Assembly: GCA_900756945.1 (NCBI GenBank)
Contig: CAAELZ010000074.1
Location: 2,681 to 66,680 of the forward strand
Length of the DNA stretch: 64,000 nucleotides
Direction of reading: 5' to 3'
DNA from: an uncultured Collinsella sp.
Lineage (GTDB): Bacteria > Actinomycetota > Coriobacteriia > Coriobacteriales > Coriobacteriaceae
This document shows positions 57,300-64,000 of this stretch, one piece after another. How positions within the stretch are numbered: position 1 is the stretch's first letter; each line of letters starts with the position of its first letter. A program made the position numbers and the translations under genes. Below the pieces are notes generated by a model. It ran no database searches. It was not told the origin of the DNA and saw nothing but the letters and a program-made list of their open reading frames with translations.

Positions 57300-59399
57300 A
57301 TGGCTAAGCCTAAGTACAAGCTTTCCGATACCCGTAACATCGGCATCATGGCTCACATCGATGCCGGTAAGACCACCACGACCGAGCGTATTCTTTACTA
57401 CACCGGTAAGACCCACAAGATCGGTGAGGTCCATGAGGGCGCTGCCACCATGGACTGGATGGTTCAGGAGCAGGAGCGCGGCGTAACCATTACCTCCGCT
57501 GCTACCACGTGCTTCTGGAAGAAGGACGGTACCGACTACCGCATCCAGATCATCGACACCCCGGGCCACGTTGACTTCACCGCCGAGGTCGAGCGCTGCC
57601 TGCGCGTCCTCGATGGCGCTGTCGCCGTCTTCGACGCCGTTGCCGGCGTTCAGCCCCAGTCTGAGACCGTTTGGCGTCAGGCTTCTACCTTCAACGTCCC
57701 CCGCATCGCCTTCATCAACAAGTATGACCGCGTGGGCGCTGACTTCTTCAACGCTATCGAGACCATGAAGGATCGTCTCGACGCCAACGCCGTGGCCGCT
57801 CAGGTCCCGATGGGCGCCGAGGACAACTTCTGGGGCGTCATCGACCTGGTCACCATGACTGCATGGGACTTCAAGGCCGACGAGAAGGGCATGACCTACC
57901 CCGAGCCGATGGACGAGATCCCGGCTGAGTTCGCCGACATCGCTGCCACCAAGCGCGAGGAGCTCCTCGACGCTGCTGCCAGCTTTGACGACGAGCTCAT
58001 GGAGAAGATCCTCATGGAGGAGGACTTCACCGTCGAGGAGCTCAAGGCTGCTCTGCGTAAGGGCGTTCTGGCCAACGAGCTCAACCTCGTCTTCGTGGGC
58101 TCCGCCTACAAGAACAAGGGCGTCCAGGAGCTGCTCGACGCTGTCGTCGACTACCTGCCCAGCCCGCTCGACGTTGAGGCCGTCACCGGTACCGATCCGG
58201 ACACCGGCGAGGAGATCCAGCGTCATCCTTCCTTCGACGAGCCCTTCTCCGGCCTGGTCTTCAAGATCATGACCGACCCGTTCGTCGGTAAGCTCACCTA
58301 CGTCCGCGTTTACTCCGGCCGCGCCGAGTCCGGCTCCTACGTTGTCAACGCTTCCAACGGTCAGCGCGAGCGCCTCGGCCGCATCCTCGAGATGAACGCC
58401 GCCGAGCGTATCGACCGTGACGACGCTGCCGCCGGCGACATCGTCGCTTGCGTCGGATTCAAGAACTCCACCACCGGTGACACCCTGTGCGCCGAGGGCA
58501 AGGAGATCGTCCTCGAGAAGATCGAGTTCGCTAAGCCCGTTATCGACGTTGCCATCGAGCCCAAGACCAAGGCCGAGCAGGACAAGATGTCCCTGGCTCT
58601 GACCAAGCTCGCCGAGGAGGACCCGACCTTCCAGGTGTCCACCAACCACGAGACCGGCCAGACCATCATCGCCGGCATGGGCGAGCTGCACCTCGAGATC
58701 ATCGTCGACCGTCTGCTCCGCGAGTTCAAGGTTGACGCTAACGTTGGTAAGCCCCAGGTTGCCTACCGCGAGACCGCTGGTCACGACGTCGAGAAGGCTG
58801 AGGGCAAGTTCGTCCGTCAGTCCGGTGGTCGCGGTCAGTACGGCCACGCCGTCATCAAGCTCGAGAAGATGGAGGAGGGCTTCGGCTACGAGTTCGTCAA
58901 CGCTATCGTCGGCGGCGTCGTGCCCAAGGAGTACATCCCGTCCATCGACAAGGGCATCCAGGAGGCCCTGAACACCGGTGTTATCGCCGGCTTCCCGGTC
59001 CTCGACGTTAAGGTCACCCTGTTCGACGGTTCTTACCACGAGGTCGACTCCTCCGAGGCCGCCTTTAAGATCGCCGGTTCCATGGCTATCAAGGACGCCC
59101 TCAAGAAGTCCGACCCGCAGCTGCTCGAGCCGATCATGGCTGTCGAGGTCGAGACCCCCGAGCAGTACATGGGCGACGTTATGGGCAACCTCTCCGGTCG
59201 CCGCGGCAAGATCGAGGGCATGGAGGATCGCAAGAACAGCAAGCTCATCCGTGCCAAGGTGCCGCTGGGCGAGATGTTCGGTTACGCTACCGACCTTCGC
59301 TCCCAGACCCAGGGCCGTGCATCCTACACGATGCAGTTCGACTCTTATGAGCCCGCGCCCAAGTCCATCGTGGACGAGGTCATGAGCAAGAACGCCTAA
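57300..59399 (+). CDS. fusA: Elongation factor G
   Basis: [33 protein letters not shown] and [11 protein letters not shown] motifs. Confidence 0.99.
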   Translation: MAKPKYKLSDTRNIGIMAHIDAGKTTTTERILYYTGKTHKIGEVHEGAATMDWMVQEQERGVTITSAATTCFWKKDGTDYRIQIIDTPGHVDFTAEVERCLRVLDGAVAVFDAVAGVQPQSETVWRQASTFNVPRIAFINKYDRVGADFFNAIETMKDRLDANAVAAQVPMGAEDNFWGVIDLVTMTAWDFKADEKGMTYPEPMDEIPAEFADIAATKREELLDAAASFDDELMEKILMEEDFTVEELKAALRKGVLANELNLVFVGSAYKNKGVQELLDAVVDYLPSPLDVEAVTGTDPDTGEEIQRHPSFDEPFSGLVFKIMTDPFVGKLTYVRVYSGRAESGSYVVNASNGQRERLGRILEMNAAERIDRDDAAAGDIVACVGFKNSTTGDTLCAEGKEIVLEKIEFAKPVIDVAIEPKTKAEQDKMSLALTKLAEEDPTFQVSTNHETGQTIIAGMGELHLEIIVDRLLREFKVDANVGKPQVAYRETAGHDVEKAEGKFVRQSGGRGQYGHAVIKLEKMEEGFGYEFVNAIVGGVVPKEYIPSIDKGIQEALNTGVIAGFPVLDVKVTLFDGSYHEVDSSEAAFKIAGSMAIKDALKKSDPQLLEPIMAVEVETPEQYMGDVMGNLSGRRGKIEGMEDRKNSKLIRAKVPLGEMFGYATDLRSQTQGRASYTMQFDSYEPAPKSIVDEVMSKNA

Positions 59400-59459
59400 G
59401 TTCGAGCTCCCTGTTACGTAATCCGCGAGAGCATCTCTCGCACTCTTTGGAGGTTTAAG

Positions 59460-59768
59460 TTGGCTACCCAGAAGATCCGCATTCGCCTCAAGGGCTATGA
59501 TCACGAGGTCGTCGATCAGTCCGCGAAGCTCATCGTCGAGACCGCTCAGAAGACCGGCGCTCGCGTTTCCGGTCCTGTCCCCCTGCCCACCGAGCGCAAC
59601 CTGTACACGGTTATCCGCTCGCCGCACGTGAACAAGGACTCCCGTGAGCAGTTCGAGATGCGCACCCACAAGCGCCTCATCGACATCCTCGACCCCACCT
59701 CGGGCACCGTTGATTCGCTTATGCGTCTCGACCTCCCCGCTGGCGTCGACATCGACATCAAGCTCTAA
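59460..59768 (+). CDS. rpsJ: 30S ribosomal protein S10
   Basis: [14 protein letters not shown] and [12 protein letters not shown] motifs. TTG start. Confidence 0.98.
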   Translation: MATQKIRIRLKGYDHEVVDQSAKLIVETAQKTGARVSGPVPLPTERNLYTVIRSPHVNKDSREQFEMRTHKRLIDILDPTSGTVDSLMRLDLPAGVDIDIKL

Positions 59769-59787
59769 GCGATATCGCTCATAGCTT

Positions 59788-59829
59788 AAAGGGCCCCGCT
59801 GCCGTTACGGTAGCGGGGCCCTTTTGTTT
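59788..59829. terminator. Terminator after rpsJ
   Basis: AAAGGGCCCCGCTGCCG-TTA-CGGTAGCGGGGCCCTTT followed by T-rich sequence. Confidence 0.85.
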
Positions 59830-59884
59830 TGCATGATGGGTTTGGATCGCCGGGTAAGGCTGCCGAGCGGCTGGCTGTGGCGAC

Positions 59885-60661
59885 CTACTCACTCAAGGGG
59901 CGCAATGACGCTTCCTCAAAATGGAAGGATCGCAAGCCGTCTTCTGTTTCGATGCACGCACGACCAAAGCCATCGACCGTTTTAAAGATGCCTCGCGCCA
60001 GCTCGTCACCGGCAGGGGAGCGGGCGATAACGTGCTTTCCAATCCAATTGAGGTGAGCGACATATTCGCCGTGGACGGGCGCGAGCGGTCCGGTGTTTTC
60101 TTCCATGGCGTTGAGGCGTTCTGCCCAGGCATCTATAGCGTCTATAACTGCGTGATAGACCTCATCGAGGAGCATGTCGACAGCTGGAACGTTCTCGTTA
60201 AGGTCCGAGAGACCGATTGCCGGCAGGCCGCCATCGGGCACCTCTTGGGGCGCATAGTTCACATTGACACCAATGCCACAGACGGCGAAAGGTTTGCCTT
60301 CGTTATCGCGTGCGGCCTCGACCAGAATGCCGCCGAGTTTGCGTCCACGCGCGACCAGGTCGTTGGGCCATTTGAGGCCAATCTCGTTTGCAAGACCCTG
60401 TTTTTCGAGCGCCTCGAGCACCGCTAGGCCGCTGACGGCAGCAAGACCAGAGTACTTCGCAGGATTAACGCATGGACGCAGGACAATCGAAAGCAATAGG
60501 TTGCCGGCGGTTGAATCCCACTTGTGGCCGCGCCGGCCGCGTCCTGCTGTCTGAGCCCGGGCGGCAAGTCCTGTGCCGTGCGGCGCTCCCTGTTTTCCTG
60601 CTTCGAGCAGGTCATCGTTGGTCGATCCGGTTACGTCGACTATCGTTAATTTGGCATCCAT
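59885..60661 (-). CDS. birA: Biotin--[acetyl-CoA carboxylase] ligase (no N-terminal HTH)
   Basis: STN, QTAGRGRRG, KWPND, KLGGILVE and GIGVN motifs. Confidence 0.92.
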   Translation of the reverse strand: MDAKLTIVDVTGSTNDDLLEAGKQGAPHGTGLAARAQTAGRGRRGHKWDSTAGNLLLSIVLRPCVNPAKYSGLAAVSGLAVLEALEKQGLANEIGLKWPNDLVARGRKLGGILVEAARDNEGKPFAVCGIGVNVNYAPQEVPDGGLPAIGLSDLNENVPAVDMLLDEVYHAVIDAIDAWAERLNAMEENTGPLAPVHGEYVAHLNWIGKHVIARSPAGDELARGIFKTVDGFGRACIETEDGLRSFHFEEASLRPLSE

Positions 60662-60753
60662 AACGGCTGCTACCTCCTTAATGAATAAGTGAATAACGCA
60701 ATGGTGTCGAGAGAGACACAATGTGAAGCCTTTGTCGCATTTGGACAATTTAA

Positions 60754-60817
60754 TGTTAACACGTTAACAACGACTGAAATGCGCTATCCTCTCTTGGTCG
60801 ATGTAAACACGTCAACA
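60754..60817. promoter_or_regulatory. Two palindromic operator-like sites in the birA/fabH intergenic region
   Basis: TGTTAACACGTTAACA (60754-60769) and TGTAAACACGTCAACA (60802-60817) flank a TATCCT -10-like hexamer. Confidence 0.6.
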
Positions 60818-60835
60818 ACTCAAAGGAGGTTAGTG

Positions 60836-61795
60836 ATGGGTTTCACGATTCTTGGAACAGGCTCGGCGCTTCCTAAGCGCAGTGTTTCCAATGACGAGCT
60901 GTCCGAGTTCCTCGATACCTCGGATGAGTGGATTTTTACCCGCACAGGTATTAAGAGTCGCCACGTCTGCACCACCGAGTCGCTCGACGACCTTGCCGTA
61001 GCGGCGAGCGAGCGGGCACTTCAGGTGTCCGGAATCGACGCGAGCCAGTTGGATCTGATCGTCTGCTCGACGACGACGGGTGACCACCTTGTTCCCGCCG
61101 AGGCGTGTGCCGTTGCTGAGCGACTGGGCGCGACGTGCCCTGCCTTCGATGTCTCGGCTGCCTGCGCCGGCTTCGTATTTGCGCTCGATGTTGCCGAGGG
61201 CTATATCGCCCGAGGACGAGCCAAGCATGTGCTTGTCGTTGCCGCCGAGCAGATGACGCGCGCGCTCGACTGGACCGACCGCGCCACCTGTGTGCTCTTT
61301 GGCGATGGGGCAGGCGCCGCGGTGATTGAGGCTGGGGGAGACAGCCCCCTTGCCGTTGAGCTTTCGACGGCGCCCGACGTCGAGACGTTGTGCGTTCCCG
61401 GTCTGGTCGGCACCTCGCCGTTTAAGGCCTCCGCAGATAGCGAGAGCGTGCTGTCCATGAATGGCCGCCGCGTGTTCAAGTTCGGCGTCAACGCGATTTG
61501 CGACACGGTCCATAAGCTTGCGAGCGATGCGGGCATTTCGGTCGAGGACATCGACCATTTTGTATTCCATCAGGCTAACGAACGAATCCTGAGTCAGGCG
61601 GTCAAGCGCCTCGGTGTGCCAGACAAGCGCGTGGTTCGAACGCTGCGCGAGACCGGCAACATTTCGAGCGCATGCATTCCGCTTGCCCTCGACCGGCTGG
61701 CAAACGCCGGTGCACTTCACACGGGCGACACCATCACCCTCGTTGGATTTGGCGCCGGTCTGGATATAGGTGGCTATCTACTTCGTTGGAAGTAG
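60836..61795 (+). CDS. fabH: Beta-ketoacyl-ACP synthase III
   Basis: DTSDEWI..RTGI..R, AACAGF, LFGDGAGA, HQAN, GNISSA and GFGAG motifs. Confidence 0.95.
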   Translation: MGFTILGTGSALPKRSVSNDELSEFLDTSDEWIFTRTGIKSRHVCTTESLDDLAVAASERALQVSGIDASQLDLIVCSTTTGDHLVPAEACAVAERLGATCPAFDVSAACAGFVFALDVAEGYIARGRAKHVLVVAAEQMTRALDWTDRATCVLFGDGAGAAVIEAGGDSPLAVELSTAPDVETLCVPGLVGTSPFKASADSESVLSMNGRRVFKFGVNAICDTVHKLASDAGISVEDIDHFVFHQANERILSQAVKRLGVPDKRVVRTLRETGNISSACIPLALDRLANAGALHTGDTITLVGFGAGLDIGGYLLRWK

Positions 61796-61847
61796 TCGCA
61801 CATAGGAAATAAAAACGCCCCTAGGGCACAAACAAAGGAGAACTACC

Positions 61848-62084
61848 ATGGCAGATCAGAAGACCTTCGAGCGCGTTTGCGATGTTATCCGCGAGACCGC
61901 CGGTCTTGACGATGTCGAGATGAAGCCCGAGTCCACGCTCGAGGAGATTGGTCTCGACAGTCTGGGCACCGTCGAGATCCTCGTCGCCGTTGAGGACGAG
62001 TTTGGCATCCAGCTCGATACCGAGGAGAACCCCAAGACGGTCGGCGAGTTCGCCGATACGGTCGAGGCGGCATTGGAGAAGTAG
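61848..62084 (+). CDS. acpP: Acyl carrier protein
   Basis: Acidic 78-aa protein with GLDSL and EDEFGI. Confidence 0.93.
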   Translation: MADQKTFERVCDVIRETAGLDDVEMKPESTLEEIGLDSLGTVEILVAVEDEFGIQLDTEENPKTVGEFADTVEAALEK

Positions 62085-62086
62085 AG

Positions 62087-63031
62087 ATGCTCAAGACTCC
62101 TCTCTGCGATCTGCTCGGCATCGAAAAGCCCGTGTTCCAGGGCGGTATGGCCTGGATCGCCGACGCCTCGCTGGCGTCCGCAGTGTCCGAGGCGGGCGGC
62201 TTAGGGATTATCGCGGCCATGAACGCCGACGCCAACTGGCTGCGCGACCAGATTCATGAGCTGCGCGCCAGGACGGATAAGCCCTTTGGCGTCAACGTCA
62301 TGCTCATGAGCCCGTTTGCCGACGAGGTCGCGCGGGTCGTGATTGACGAGCGGGTACCGGTCGTCGTGACGGGTGCCGGCAATCCCACCAAGTACATGAA
62401 GGCGTGGAACGAGGCGGGCATCAAGGTCATCCCGGTCGTTGCCTCGGTGGCGCTGGCGCGCCTCGTGGCGCGTCGTGGAGCCACTGCCGTGGTTGCCGAG
62501 GGTACCGAATCAGGCGGCCATATTGGCGAGACCTCGACGATGGCACTGGTGCCGCAGGTTGTCGATGCGGTCGATATTCCCGTGGTTGCGGCTGGCGGTA
62601 TCGCCGATGGCCGCGGCGTGGCGGCCGCCTTTATGCTGGGCGCCGCCGGCGTGCAGGTGGGTACGCGCTTTCTGATCGCAGATGAGTGCAGCGTATCGGA
62701 GCAGTACAAGGAGATGGTCCTGAAGGCCAACGACACCTCGACGCGTGCGACCGGCCGCTCGACGGGACACCCGGTGCGTGCCCTCAAGAGCCCCTTCACC
62801 AACGCCTACGCCAAGAGCGAGGCGGCGGGCGTAAGCGTCGAGGAGCTCGGGGCCATGGGCACGGGCGCGCTTCGTAAAGCCGCAAAGGACGGTAATTACG
62901 AAGAGGGTTCGTATTTGTGCGGACAGATTGCTGGCATGGTCAACGAGCGCCAGAGCGCCCGCGAAATCGTCGACGATCTTGTCGATGGCGCCGAGCGCGT
63001 CCTGAAGGGTGCGTCCGCATGGGTAGCGTAG
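62087..63031 (+). CDS. fabK: Enoyl-ACP reductase II
   Basis: QGGMAW, KPFGVN, ESGGHIG, AAGGIADGRG and GQIAG motifs; located in the fab operon. Confidence 0.9.
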   Translation: MLKTPLCDLLGIEKPVFQGGMAWIADASLASAVSEAGGLGIIAAMNADANWLRDQIHELRARTDKPFGVNVMLMSPFADEVARVVIDERVPVVVTGAGNPTKYMKAWNEAGIKVIPVVASVALARLVARRGATAVVAEGTESGGHIGETSTMALVPQVVDAVDIPVVAAGGIADGRGVAAAFMLGAAGVQVGTRFLIADECSVSEQYKEMVLKANDTSTRATGRSTGHPVRALKSPFTNAYAKSEAAGVSVEELGAMGTGALRKAAKDGNYEEGSYLCGQIAGMVNERQSAREIVDDLVDGAERVLKGASAWVA

Positions 63032-63945
63032 CGTTTCTGTTTGCCGGCCAGGGCGCCCAGCACCCCGCGATGGGCGTCGACCTGATCGAGGCATCGCCGG
63101 CGGCCGCCGAGGTGTTCGCCATTGCCGACGAGGTGCGCCCGGGGACCAGTGAGCAGTGCCGAAGCGCCTCCAAGGAGGAACTCTCGCAGACCGAGAACAC
63201 GCAGCCGTGCGTGTTCGTTCACGATCTGGCAGCGGCTGCCGCCCTGCGTGAGCGCGGCGTGGTACCTACCGCCTGTGCGGGTTTTTCGCTTGGCGAGGTC
63301 GCCGCGCTCACCTTTGCGGGGGCGTTCGATACGCGAGCGGGTTTTGAGCTCGTATGTGAGCGTGCGGCATTGATGGCCACGGCGGCCGAGCGTCACCCCG
63401 GCGGCATGCGCGCCGTCATCAAACTCGATGCGGCGCAGGTCGAGGGCTTGGCAAAACAGGCCGGCGAGGACTGCTGGCCGGTCAACTACAACAGCCCCCA
63501 GCAGACGGTTGTGGCCGGAGCGCCCGAGGCGCTGCAGGAGCTCGACGTTCTAGTGAAAGAGGCTGGCGGTCGCGCCATGAAGGTCGCGGTGTCGAGTGCA
63601 TTCCATAGCCCCTATATGGCCGAGGCGACCTGTGGCCTTGCTGCATATATCGAGGCCGGTCACGCGCCGTCCCCGCTGCTGATTCCTGTTATGGCAAATA
63701 TGACAGCGGCGCCCTATCCGGCCGACCCGCAGGCGGCAGCGGAGATGCTGGCCAACCAGGTGAGTCATGCCGTGCGCTGGGTCGACACGCTGCATGCTCT
63801 GCAGGATCAAGGCATCGATACGTTTATTGAGGTCGGCCCTGGCAAAACGTTGTCCGGCTTGGTCAAGCGTACGTTGAGCGACGTTCGCGTGTATTCGTGC
63901 GAAACGGCCGAGCAGGTCGCAGCTATTGCCGACGAGCTCGCATAG
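63019..63945 (+). CDS. fabD: Malonyl-CoA:ACP transacylase
   Basis: AFLFAGQGAQ, NTQP, GFSLGE, AFHS and EVGPG motifs. Confidence 0.93.
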   Translation: MGSVAFLFAGQGAQHPAMGVDLIEASPAAAEVFAIADEVRPGTSEQCRSASKEELSQTENTQPCVFVHDLAAAAALRERGVVPTACAGFSLGEVAALTFAGAFDTRAGFELVCERAALMATAAERHPGGMRAVIKLDAAQVEGLAKQAGEDCWPVNYNSPQQTVVAGAPEALQELDVLVKEAGGRAMKVAVSSAFHSPYMAEATCGLAAYIEAGHAPSPLLIPVMANMTAAPYPADPQAAAEMLANQVSHAVRWVDTLHALQDQGIDTFIEVGPGKTLSGLVKRTLSDVRVYSCETAEQVAAIADELA

Positions 63946-63975
63946 TCCACAGAGCTGTAACCCGAAAGGAATGAC

Positions 63976-64000
63976 ATGGGCAACTTGAACAACGGCGCGC
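63976..64000 (+). CDS. Start of the next gene of the fab operon (truncated; identity not determinable)
   Basis: GAAAGGA RBS followed by an ATG and an open frame to the window end. Confidence 0.35.

Noticed and set aside
57282..59669. Other long antisense ORFs (opposite fusA, tuf, cysS, asnS, feoB, rplK-rplA, GH13)
   Set aside because: They have the same shadow-frame origin and fully overlap confident genes.

Overview
This is a GC-rich bacterial chromosome segment. Gene content and codon style suggest Coriobacteriia, Collinsella-like, which is an inference. The housekeeping backbone is clpC-disA-ispD-ispF-cysS-rlmB-NYN nuclease, then tRNA-Thr/Tyr/Thr/Met-tuf-rpmG-tRNA-Trp-secE-nusG-rplK-rplA, then rplJ-rplL-galU-rpoB-rpoC, rpsL-rpsG-fusA-rpsJ, and birA with a fabH-acpP-fabK-fabD operon. 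Accessory material interrupts it: an HTH-HipA-like kinase, a DUF262/DUF1524 (GmrSD-like) islet inside the tRNA cluster, about 24 kb of mixed metabolic and transport genes between rplA and rplJ, and an ECF sigma/anti-sigma pair between rpoC and rpsL. I found no rRNA, CRISPR array, integrase or transposase. The most unusual signals are: (1) several families of palindromic non-coding elements, including exactly periodic 62-bp and 80-bp arrays of alternating inverted repeats and a long-hairpin family with a conserved core; (2) an abrupt strand-specific G-to-A shift at synonymous sites in the gene next to one long hairpin; (3) a cytoplasmic ParB/Srx-like + BMP-domain protein coupled to a metallophosphoesterase; (4) a repeat-bracketed dimethylarginine (DDAH) cassette; and (5) a divergent RNA polymerase with a fork-loop-2 insertion, an altered bridge helix and an alphaCTD-like domain fused to beta-prime. 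All product calls come from reading motifs by eye; no database searches were run.
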